Positions 1-10,272 of a stretch of DNA of 64,000 nt are shown here, one piece after another. Location of the stretch: positions 25,358,001 to 25,422,000 of the forward strand of contig NC_135665.1 in the NCBI RefSeq assembly GCF_964188315.1, written 5' to 3'. The notes below the pieces were generated by a model. It searched no databases, was not told where the DNA came from, and saw only the letters and a program-made list of their open reading frames with translations. The DNA comes from Podarcis muralis. Lineage: Eukaryota. Numbering within the stretch: position 1 is the stretch's first letter; each line of letters opens with the position of its first letter. The translations under genes were made by a program, and so were the position numbers.

Positions 1-1257
1 CCTTAGGCTCCATGAGTAATGAGATGGGCACACACGCATCCTCAGGACAGGCCTGGCATCTGCTTACCTGGTTGCTTCTTCCCCCGCTCTCCTCTAAATC
101 ATCCCGATAAGTGGGCTCAGTATCTTCTGTGCAATGCGAAACCAGCCCCAGATAGAGCTTCCAAGGGAAGCTGGAATGAGTCGCCATTTGGCAAGCAGCA
201 GCATGCTTGCCTCCGATGACATGTCTGACAACTCTGTGAAACTGAACCTTGAATAAATTCCCTGGCCTGCCTCAGCTTCGAGCCAGTCCGCACTTCTCTC
301 TGTAATGGATGTGTCAGGAGGCAGCACAAAACACAACTGTATGTTTGGGCAAAGTAACGAAAACATCCAGAGCGTGCCAAGCATCAGGCATATGCAACAT
401 AATGGCACTACAGCACTTGCCCGATCAGACTCTTTCCCGCAATCTGCTGCGAGCTGGTGCTGCAGAGCAAGGGCAAAGCCAAGTTCTCTGAGAAACCAGC
501 AGAAGCCTCCAGCCAAACTGGGCAAAGCAGCAGGCAGGCATCCGGCTCTGAGGTTCAGAAGCCAGTCGAGGGGAGAGCGCAGTGGCTACAGGCCACCGCA
601 GCACAGTAATCCGTGAACATTACTCCAAACCCAAATGATCAGAGAAATATGGGAAGCTGCCTTTTGCTTGAAATAAAGCTTCAGATGGGAACATTGGCTC
701 ACCTGGCCTACCCCAAAAGGCCTTTCAACTTCAACCACCTAACAGCTGCTTCCTAAAATTGGGGGAGCATGAAAAGCAAATTGAGATGAGATGGGGATTG
801 GCGAGGCCAAAGTCTTTCTGGGTAGACACAAGGCCCATCTGTCACCTAAACACTCACCGGGTGACATGGAGTGAGGCATTTGTAGCAATGCTTGTTTAAA
901 ATCCACAATAGCACCCATTATTCTGCCAATCTTCACAACCACATCAACTCTTTGCATTAACCAACGGGGAGTTCTGTCCATCCTCCCATATAATTTGGCA
1001 CAAGAATAATTTGCTCACTTGCCATGCAGTTTGAAATGCGAGCATCCTTTCTATCATATGGATAGTCTCCCCCTTCCCTGTGATGACTGTAGGATTATAA
1101 GAATTGGATTGTGGCAAGAAAGTTAAGATTTCAACAGTGAAATGTCTCAACCTGATCTGAAGCATGCCAACTCAGAAATAAGTATCACTTGTTCCATGTA
1201 GCTTACTCCCTAGGAAACAGGCATAGCACTGGAGTCATGCGGTGTAACCCTTTCTAT

Positions 1258-2037
1258 GGTTGCATACCACCCCAATCGCCAAGTGATGTGAGATTCCAGA
1301 GGTTCCAGGCACTGACGCAGTAGAGACTGTGGTGTCTTTCGGATATATGGTTTATTTACACGTGTATGCAACGACTATGATGGAGACTATGATGGAGAGG
1401 TTCACAGCATCAACACCCCAAAATGGCCTTGTTTCTCCCTTAGCCACAACCTTGGATTCAAACAGAAACAAAACATTGCTCTCAAACGTTGCACTGACTC
1501 TCTATCCAGCTTGCTACTTTGCTTCTAGGTCACACCACAGCATAGCAGCTCTAAACTCTGTCTTCATCCTTCTAACTAACTGCAAGCTGAGGTAAACTGC
1601 ATTTGGCCCATTTGCCATCTCAGGGAACCAGGCAGAGGGCCTTCTCGGTAGTGGCACCCTCCCTGTGGAATGCCCTCCCACCAGATGTCAAAGAGAACAA
1701 CAACTACCAGACTTTTAGAAGACACCTGAAGGCAGCCCTGTTTAGGGAAGCTTTTAATGTTTGATGTATTACGGTATTTTAATATTTTTTTGGAAGCCGC
1801 CCAGAGTGGCTGGGGAAGCCCAGCCAGATGGGTGGGGTATAAATAAGTTGTTGTTGTTGTTGTTGTTGTTGTTAATAATAATAATAATAATAATACTTCC
1901 TTTGTTTCCCATAATGGCTTATCACCCAGGCAATCACCTCAGCACAGGAAGCTTGCCTGGCTTGTATTTTAACACTTGCTGGATCCAGGAGTTAGAAACA
2001 TCTCGCATATAGCCTACTTCCTCCCTCCCAACTCATG
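1258..2037. mobile_element. Solo-LTR-like relic, copy 1 (interrupted by L2)
   Basis: Colinear similarity with 4232-4748: gagattccag.ggttccagg, agagactgtggtgtcttt, agccaca.ccttggat, gaagcttg.ctggct, agcctactt...caactcat. Confidence 0.5.
1614..1894 (+). mobile_element. L2-clade LINE 3' fragment with (GTT)n(AAT)n tail, inserted into an LTR-like relic
   Basis: cagggaaccaggcagagggccttctcggtagtggc...gatgggtggggtataaataa. Homologous to the minus-strand copies at 19320 and 26125. Confidence 0.75.
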
Positions 2038-3096
2038 GTAGTATATTTGTTTGGGGGGGAAATCCCACAATGTTCAATAGCACTTATTCCATGGTAAGTG
2101 TGCATGGGATTAGAGCCAGTCCTATTACACTTTCCTGGGAGTAAGCACCACTAAACACATTGGGGCTTATTACTGAGTATACATGTGGAACTTCCTTATG
2201 AGTAAGCATGCACAGGATTGGGCTGTGAGGCAGTCTCTCTACCTGTTTCAGATTAAGTCTCACTGGGTTTACTGAGGCTCATTTCTGACTTACATCTTGC
2301 CTCAGGTTATTAAGTCTTTCTAAAGTAGGGCACTAATGAAACAAAATGGCCAATGTTCTGTCTGATAATATTGTCAGGAAAGGAACTCCCTGCAGCAGAT
2401 GGCATTAAGAAAATATTCATCCTTATATACACATTATGCAAGGGAATACATTCAGAAGTTTCCAAACTTTGTAACAGAAGGAGAAATGAGGAAATATTTT
2501 ATAGAGAACATTTGCTTTAATGGCATCTAAATTCTGTGGGACATCATGACAAACCACTCTTAACTTGGAACTGGCTTAGAGGCGCTGTTAACATTGTTCC
2601 AATTGATTTCCATTATGTCTGCAACTCTTTCTCTGATTGCAGAGCAGCTGCAATAGGTCTTGCCTTTGCCTTAAAAAAGCAAGCATTACCCTTCAAAATG
2701 GACATCTCCACTGGCATATAAATTCTGGCAGATGCGGCTGTGCAGCAGCCCCTATCTTTTCCTGTTGTAGAAAGGCATCGGCATTTCGAAAATATAAACC
2801 TTTTGTTGCTCTGCCTATAATTTTTACTTGTCCTACTTTTGGGGCTGTTTGCAATGAATCTTACAATAGAAAGATGGAGTTATTGGTCAAGCTGACTGCA
2901 CCCCCCCTTTCTTGGTTAATTATAAATGATAAGCATGGCTGCAGCCATTTTTCCAAGTGGGGACAAACAAACACACCCCCTGAGCATCAGAGAACAGGCC
3001 TACCGCTTCTGCTAGATTTGTAGACCTAGACCCTGAGAAACTAGTATTCCAGGTCTACCTCTCCATTGCAGGTTCACCTGCTTTTTCTTTATTGTA

Positions 3097-3232
3097 CGGA
3101 TAGGGAACCTGATGCCTTCTAGATGTTGCTGTAGTACAACTCCCATCTTCTTTGGCCATTGGCCATGCTTGGTGAGGCTAATAGGAGTTGAAGTTCAACA
3201 GTATTTGGAGAGCCACATATTCCCTGTCACTG
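3097..3232. mobile_element. Old hAT-like MITE remnant
   Basis: Degenerate version of the 48494 architecture (tacaactcccatc...ggagttgaagt). Confidence 0.45.
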
Positions 3233-3385
3233 ATCTACAGATAGACCTGGCATTCAGATAATATATTTACACTGAGTCCCTCAATTGCTTAATTCATTGC
3301 GCTACTTCTACAAACAGCTTTACGGCAAGCCCCACTTCCTTCACTGCATTTCCCTTTAAAAAAAAAACACACATCCAGAATAAAT

Positions 3386-3447
3386 AACACCGCAACCCCA
3401 GAGTCGGTCACGACTGGACCTAATGGTCAGGGGTCCCTTTACCTTTA
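3386..3447 (+). mobile_element. Sauria/POM SINE 3' fragment
   Basis: accgcaaccccagagtcggtcacgactggacctaatggtcaggggtccctttacctttac matches the 3' end of the 58941 copy. Confidence 0.85.
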
Positions 3448-4231
3448 CACTTCTGTGTTGGTCCACACTGCTCTCACTTCCCTCTCTCCCCAGCAAAATG
3501 AATATAAGAACAATGGGTTACTTTCAGGGCTGCAAAACCCTGCACATTCTGCCTACAAGGGTTTCTTTTATTTCTGTTTTCCATGAAAGCTGGAAATCTG
3601 GCAATATGTCTCATGGTGAGGTGATAATGCCCCTCTTCCCTCTTTGCATATACTCATGAATCAGAACTACAATAAATTCATAACGTAATGACCTATTCCG
3701 CCTTACAAGTTCTCCAAGGTTTATGGGACTAACACAGATGAACAGTGGGAATGGAACCAAGGAAGAAGGCAGGGCCATCAACAAAAGCTAGATAACACCA
3801 GGTTGTCATGTGCCTTCATAAGGTACATCTCTTAATGGTGAAACATTGAAATGAAAGGTTCCCTCTTGGACATGCCATAGATTTACACACTAAGCCACAA
3901 CGTACTCTCCACACTCCATGTTTTGGAGTAGCTGCTGGCAAATATACAACAAACATTGTCCCATTTGTTTTGAGCCAAAAGTCCACCCTGATGAGGAGTA
4001 TCCCATTCTCGACTTTATGTCTATATCATACACAAGATACTTTCACACATTAAGGTAACAATCCATCTGTAGAAATTTATCATTCCTTGCCTCTAATCAA
4101 ATGAGCAGTAGCTGCGCAAGAGCACATTAATACTTTTGTGCAAATCCTATCTGCAGCATTATTAGTGGACTGTGTGACTTCATGTGACATCCCATATCTA
4201 AATAGCACATTTGAAAAAAGGAATATAATAA

Positions 4232-4748
4232 TGTTGCATGCCGTCCCAACCTCTGAGCAGTATGAGATTCCAGGGGTTCCAGGTGTGTTTGTGTTTCCTT
4301 TGGAATGCGGTACAGCAGAGACTGTGGTGTCTTTATGATGTATGGCTTATTTGTGCATAAACAACCTGAGCCTACAATGGAAGGGATCACAGCATTCTTG
4401 CTTCACCCATAGCCACAGCCTTGGATGCAAGCAGAAATCAGGCATGTCTCTCCCCCACAAGCTCCAGCCTGCTTCTTCCTCTCGCTTCTACCTTTACGCA
4501 TACACAACTCAACTCTGGCCTCTGTCTTTTCTAACTAGCTACCAGTGAGTTGAGGGAGGGGAGGCCACCCATTTCCTGTCTGGCACAGAGCCACTTCCTT
4601 TGTTACCTTCCCAACCCATTATTTAGAAGGCTTATGATCAAGAAGCTTGTCTGGCTAGTCCAACAGTTTGAATCCTTCCTTAGATTTTAACACTTGATGG
4701 AATTAGAAAGGGTTTCGGCATACAGCCTACTTGCCCCAACTCATAACG
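4232..4748. mobile_element. Solo-LTR-like relic, copy 2
   Basis: See copy 1. Starts TGTTG; ~0.5 kb with no ORF. Confidence 0.5.
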
Positions 4749-5042
4749 ATCATTAAACAGCAAGAAAGGTTTTCTTCTGATTTCAGTTCGGTCATTCTCC
4801 AAGGCACTCCAAATCAAGATGTTCTGGTAGGAAAGAGTCTGTTCTGAATGGTGACATATATACAGATGGGCATTTGCCTCCCTGATGGCGATTGGTAGGT
4901 AAAGCTTAAGAGAGTGTTCAAACAGGAGGTTAATTATCTGGCTAGGATTGATTCACTTATCACCTGCCCATTCCACTGTCTGAACATTAGAAAGGAGTAA
5001 AAGAGTGTGAAAGTATTTGATAGCAGGGAAATGTCAAAAGGG

Positions 5043-5093
<51 letters not shown>

Positions 5094-5170
5094 CTTTCGT
5101 AGATTTTCACGGGTACAGGAATGCAGGTTTTGGTGTCCTCGGGTGTCTTCCCGTGTAAAAGATGGGGTGT

Positions 5171-5215
5171 CTAGGCGACGTTTCGACGAGGTCTCACTCG
5201 TCATCTTCAGGCTGG
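5171..5215 (-). ncRNA. Minimal type I hammerhead ribozyme motif (left-arm copy)
   Basis: Exact reverse complement of 7436-7480: tcttcag at 5204-5210 and gacgtttc at 5177-5184. Confidence 0.8.
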
Positions 5216-6420
5216 TGCTTTCGGCTTCTTGTTACTGGAACAGAGCAGGATCTCAGTGTTTGAGTTCCTATAAATACTGTTGAGGAGGTGTGCTGTATAG
5301 CCTCCAATGTTCTGGGCAGAGAGGAAGTTCCCAGGCTAGTGTGCCTTTTCTTCTTTTGTTCCTTAATTACTTGAGGGATATCTTGAGTGATTTCTTGAGT
5401 GATATCCTGAGTACCACTTAGGTGGGTCATTAGGTGTGGATTAGTTGCTAAGGCCTTTGTGTCTTGACCTCTTGAACTTTGTGAAGAGTTTTTCTGAGAA
5501 GATGGCTGTACTGAAATTAGTTGTGCTCTGGCTTGGCTTCGTGTATAGGGGCGAGCTGTGGTTTTGTGGCCTGTGCCAGCCAGATCTGTGTAGGGATTGC
5601 AGGGGGGTGCAGCATCCGGAGGTGCCACCATGGTTTGGCTACTGGATGGTGTCTGTAATTTATCTGTGGAGAGGGTCTGGGTTTGGATCTGGTGTGGTTG
5701 ATTGGTGATGGCGTTCTGTGTGCCTCTGGCTCTGGTGTCAGTTTTTGTGGGGAGGGCTAATTTCCAGATGTCTGGCAAGCGGGATGTGTCGTCACGCTTG
5801 TTCATGTTGTGAGGGTGTTTCTCTATCTCGATGGCTTCCATGATTATTCTCTTGTGGTGATGTTCCATGTTAAAGAGCAATTTGGAATCTGCAAAATTAA
5901 TTTCGTGTCCTGTTTCTTTCATGTGTTGGAAAAGAGAGGAAGTTTTTTCTTCTTTTTTGACGGCATTCTTGTGTTCTGCAATACGTGCATTTATTCGTCT
6001 GTTTGTTTGTCCAATGTACGTGGCTGGGCAGACTTTGCAGGGTATTTCATAGACCCCTTGGTTTTCCAACTGGATTTTATCCTTGGGGTTTCTGAGGATA
6101 TTGGCTATTTTTTGGTTGGTGCAAAAGGCTGTTTTGATATTGTGTTTATGGAGGATTTTGCTAATTTTATCTGTAGTGCCCTTGATATAAGGAAGGAGGG
6201 CCATGCCATTGTTTTCTTCTGTGTCTTGGTTTTTGGGGGGTGTTTCTTTTTGGATTAGCTTCATAACCCTGTTTTGCTGGTATCCATTGGCAATTAACAC
6301 ATTTGAGAGATTCTGTAACTCAGTTGTCAGGTGGTCTTTGTCAGCCAGGCGTTTGGTTCTGGAGATGAGAGTCTTGGCTACGGAGTTTATTTGTGCAGGG
6401 TGGTAGTGTGATTGTGCAAG
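5194..6420 (-). CDS. PLE ORF 3' part (thumb/linker SHYHP...NGY, GIY-YIG endonuclease, low-complexity tail); 5'-truncated
   Basis: ORF 5194..6300 extends upstream in frame without a stop to 6420 (LAQSHYHPAQINSVAKTLISRTKRLADKDHLTTELQNLSN). About 408 uninterrupted codons. Confidence 0.88.
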   Translation of the reverse strand, partial: LAQSHYHPAQINSVAKTLISRTKRLADKDHLTTELQNLSNVLIANGYQQNRVMKLIQKETPPKNQDTEENNGMALLPYIKGTTDKISKILHKHNIKTAFCTNQKIANILRNPKDKIQLENQGVYEIPCKVCPATYIGQTNRRINARIAEHKNAVKKEEKTSSLFQHMKETGHEINFADSKLLFNMEHHHKRIIMEAIEIEKHPHNMNKRDDTSRLPDIWKLALPTKTDTRARGTQNAITNQPHQIQTQTLSTDKLQTPSSSQTMVAPPDAAPPCNPYTDLAGTGHKTTARPYTRSQARAQLISVQPSSQKNSSQSSRGQDTKALATNPHLMTHLSGTQDITQEITQDIPQVIKEQKKKRHTSLGTSSLPRTLEAIQHTSSTVFIGTQTLRSCSVPVTRSRKHQPEDDE

Positions 6421-7457
6421 ACCAAGACACAGAAGAAAACAATGGCATGGCCCTCCTTCCTTATATCAAGGGCACTACAGATAAAATTAGCAAAATCCTC
6501 CATAAACACAATATCAAAACAGCCTTTTGCACCAACCAAAAAATAGCCAATATCCTCAGAAACCCCAAGGATAAAATCCAGTTGGAAAACCAAGGGGTCT
6601 ATGAAATACCCTGCAAAGTCTGCCCAGCCACGTACATTGGACAAACAAACAGACGAATAAATGCACGTATTGCAGAACACAAGAATGCCGTCAAAAAAGA
6701 AGAAAAAACTTCCTCTCTTTTCCAACACATGAAAGAAACAGGACACGAAATTAATTTTGCAGATTCCAAATTGCTCTTTAACATGGAACATCACCACAAG
6801 AGAATAATCATGGAAGCCATCGAGATAGAGAAACACCCTCACAACATGAACAAGCGTGACGACACATCCCGCTTGCCAGACATCTGGAAATTAGCCCTCC
6901 CCACAAAAACTGACACCAGAGCCAGAGGCACACAGAACGCCATCACCAATCAACCACACCAGATCCAAACCCAGACCCTCTCCACAGATAAATTACAGAC
7001 ACCATCCAGTAGCCAAACCATGGTGGCACCTCCGGATGCTGCACCCCCCTGCAATCCCTACACAGATCTGGCTGGCACAGGCCACAAAACCACAGCTCGC
7101 CCCTATACACGAAGCCAAGCCAGAGCACAACTAATTTCAGTACAGCCATCTTCTCAGAAAAACTCTTCACAAAGTTCAAGAGGTCAAGACACAAAGGCCT
7201 TAGCAACTAATCCACACCTAATGACCCACCTAAGTGGTACTCAGGATATCACTCAAGAAATCACTCAAGATATCCCTCAAGTAATTAAGGAACAAAAGAA
7301 GAAAAGGCACACTAGCCTGGGAACTTCCTCTCTGCCCAGAACATTGGAGGCTATACAGCACACCTCCTCAACAGTATTTATAGGAACTCAAACACTGAGA
7401 TCCTGCTCTGTTCCAGTAACAAGAAGCCGAAAGCACCAGCCTGAAGATGACGAGTGA
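6393..7457 (+). CDS. Inverted copy of the PLE GIY-YIG ORF; first residues (MQGGSVIV) come from the antisense of the left arm
   Basis: 354-aa ORF, identical to the left-arm ORF from QDTEENNG to PEDDE*. Probably not a real translation unit. Confidence 0.7.
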   Translation: MQGGSVIVQDQDTEENNGMALLPYIKGTTDKISKILHKHNIKTAFCTNQKIANILRNPKDKIQLENQGVYEIPCKVCPATYIGQTNRRINARIAEHKNAVKKEEKTSSLFQHMKETGHEINFADSKLLFNMEHHHKRIIMEAIEIEKHPHNMNKRDDTSRLPDIWKLALPTKTDTRARGTQNAITNQPHQIQTQTLSTDKLQTPSSSQTMVAPPDAAPPCNPYTDLAGTGHKTTARPYTRSQARAQLISVQPSSQKNSSQSSRGQDTKALATNPHLMTHLSGTQDITQEITQDIPQVIKEQKKKRHTSLGTSSLPRTLEAIQHTSSTVFIGTQTLRSCSVPVTRSRKHQPEDDE

Positions 7458-7480
7458 GACCTCGTCGAAACGTCGCCTAG
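7436..7480 (+). ncRNA. Minimal type I hammerhead ribozyme motif (PLE-associated)
   Basis: CUGAAGA (7441-7447), then U, stem II GACGAG/CUCGUC (7449-7454/7461-7466), GAAA (7467-7470) and CGUC. Predicted cleavage after C7474. Palindromic ACGU stem III; stem I is short and weak. Confidence 0.8.
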
Positions 7481-10099
7481 ACACCCCATCTTTTACACGG
7501 GAAGACACCCGAGGACACCAAAACCTGCATATATATATATATATATATATATCCCATCATGTAAGCGACAGTACAATTTCTTCCTGATCTGAGGCAATTT
7601 GGGAGCACTTGTGTGCCATTTTAGAAAAGATGATTGGATACGACTACAGCCCACTCATTCTCACACAGTGTGAGAGAGATATAGGCATAAATAATGTACC
7701 CATCCTTCTCAAAGTATGAAATCTAATTGTCTCTCTCTCAGCAAGCACACACTTCCACTTTTATTTTCATTATCTCTTATAATGAGTATCGCATCACCTG
7801 CCTATACCCAGAACGTTACATTTATCCTGGTAAGGTTTTTGTATCGTATGTCATAAAACTAAATAACATTGCCAAAAGAACTTGTTCAGTTTTGTTTTTT
7901 TAAAGAAATAAATAAATACAAAAAAACAAACATTGCTTTTCACTGCTTGAGTGCACTGTAATTCCTGTTGGGTGTCTGATGTTTTTCCACTGTTTATTAT
8001 TAAAGATGCAGTCTGACTAATACATTGCTTTTACATTTTTAATAAGCATTCATATGGGCTGTTGGATTAAATTCACCAAGTTGAAACAGTGATTATTCAA
8101 ACCTGCAAAGAGAGGAGCATATGGCATACTCTCCTGGGGCTCAACCACTTCAGGCTGCAGGTAGAGCACAGCACTCAAGAGGTACTTCTTCTCCATTTTC
8201 GAACCAGCTTTCCAATTTAGGAGATTGTCACACAGGAAGAACTTGGCTTCTGGCCTAATTTTGCCCTGCATTCGGACTTACTTGGCAGATTTGTCTCTTT
8301 CAGGTCAAGAGAGAGAGAGAGAGAAAATGCACACTGTCCTTATCTCTACACATTTGGCAGACAACTCCATCAGCAAAGGAGGGAAACCATTAAGGTGAAT
8401 CTTGTTTCATTATGGCTAGAAGTGATGGGGGACAACGACAATACCCACCGGTATTTTGCTGGGGTTTTCCAGACATACTGTTGTGTTAAGGTGGATGAGC
8501 TTCCAGATTCCCACTGAGTTACATTTGTGCATTTTGGATATGAAAGGACAGAGCAACAAGCATGTGTCCAGCAAACACAGGTGTCTGCTTTTAGGAGCAT
8601 TGTATTTAATTAAGCATTGTAAAATGAAGCTGGAAAGTACAAATGAGAGGGTCTGGGTAATGTATAAATGATGGCAGTGGTATTTTGCTTTCTGCTTCCT
8701 CTCACTTCGAAACTAAACAACAAAAGCAGCAGCAGTTAATACAGGTCTATTTGGATCTAATGCGTGAGCCTGGGCACAGATTGGCAGGACCAGAAACTAT
8801 TTAAATGCACACACAGTTCTGGCACCAGATATCAGATGAGCTATACTGAAAACAACAGAAAAACCATAAGGATGTTTTTAAGAAACCAGATTAATTTGGG
8901 CTGCACTGTTTATCTCAAGGGCTGGGGAAGCTGTGGCCTGCCAGATATTTCTAGAATATAACTTCCATCAACCATGACCACTAGCCACCATGAGACACAG
9001 TTTTTATTGTTCTATCCAAACAGCATGTTTGAATAACTTGATGCCTTTCTTCTGTGGAGTGTGGAATACATTCCTATTGGAAGCAATGACTGAAATCTAC
9101 AATCTCATCCCATGTGCAGATTTTTCAACTTTGTGTAGAAGTCAACAGAGCAAGCCAAACTCCAGCTAGCCAGTGGTGGGGCATGATGGAGTGGCAGGAC
9201 CACCAACACATCTGAAGCCCAAGAGACAGGACTGGGGCTGGCTTGGGTTCCAGGAGATTCTGGGCCAGCTCAGACCCACCCTCAGAACATCCCAACTGAG
9301 AAGTTTTTGGGTGGAGAGAGATCTCCGTCTCGTCCAGCCCATTCTCCCACTGCAGGACAGGCAGCTGGAGGTTGGGACCACGCCATTAGTTGCAAGATTA
9401 TCTCCCCCCCCCCCCGCCAGTCCACTCCAGACACACAACCACACAATTATTTCAAACACAACAAATCTGTCAACCAGAAGAGCGTGCGTAGTACGTCGTG
9501 TATATCGTGATCCATTTTCTGATTGGATGTTTTTCTTCTTAACACCATGCAATTATTCCAAGCGCAGGCAAGTTATTTGCTTGTTATTTGCAGCTGAAGT
9601 TGTTCTCTCCCTCCCCCACCCCAGTTCTCTGAATAAAAGTGGCAATAGCTACTCTCGAGAGCAATCCGATTAAATGTTCACTTAATGTAGTTGGTTCTTG
9701 GTAAAGCACCTCTTGGAAAACAGCCTGCATTGTGTGCTGTAGTACAACGTACATCGTTTAGACAGTTTGCCACTCGGTGTGTACAATACAGACATGTGCC
9801 TTGCTGAGTTCTGAAAGATTAAGGTTAGCAACTGCAGGGAAATAGCTTCGCAGGGCAGGAGCAATTTGATACTGAATGCTAGCGCGGAAGGATGGCTATA
9901 GTGGAAGAATGCATGGAGTTTGGCAATTTTTTGGCAAGAGATATGACTTACTTCCACCTGGGTTTTAAAGGCAATGGTGATAGCATAACTGCCATCACCA
10001 CCACCCCAAAAACCTCTGGTAAAACATTACAAGAGTGGGCTAGCATCAGGATGGGACCTCAGTCCCTTATTTACATCCCCCCCTTCAGTTTTCACAACT

Positions 10100-10272
10100 T
10101 AGAATCATAGAATCTTAGAGTTGGAAGGGAAGTTGGAAGTCCATTTCCGTGCAATGCAGGAATCTCAGCTAAAGCATCCACGACAGATGGTTCTCCAATC
10201 TCTACTTAGAAACCTCCCATGAAGGCCCACAACCTCCTAAAGGCGTATGTTTCACTGACGAACTGCTCTTAC
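10100..10272 (-). mobile_element. CR1 LINE 3' fragment
   Basis: agaatcatagaatcttagagttggaaggga is the reverse complement of the CR1 terminal ttccaactct...attctatgattcta. Confidence 0.7.

Larger units (their letters stand above)
5091..7530. mobile_element. Penelope-like retroelement, 5'-truncated, with inverted duplication (left arm 5091-6420 minus, right arm 6421-7530 plus), embedded in (TA)n
   Basis: Both arms encode GVYEIPCKVCPATYIGQTNRRINARIAEH (PLE-type GIY-YIG). 5121-6230 is the reverse complement of 6421-7530, and the ORF-track translations of the two arms are identical. (TA)n at 5046-5090 and 7529-7552. No RT catalytic core is present. Confidence 0.93.

Noticed and set aside
19-616. 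Overlapping ORFs (143 aa minus, 103 aa plus) and a strong minus-strand donor CAG|GTAAGC near 61-70
   Set aside because: No recognisable domain, acceptor or partner exon. Could be an unannotated exon but cannot be supported.
3988-4015. CTGATGA followed by a short GAG/CTC stem
   Set aside because: The stem is followed by GACT rather than GAAA, and there is no stem III or PLE context, so it is not a hammerhead.
5445-7206. Hydrophobic 149/151-aa, 87-aa and 61-aa ORFs
   Set aside because: Antisense or alternate-frame shadows of the A-rich PLE ORF, duplicated only because of the inversion.
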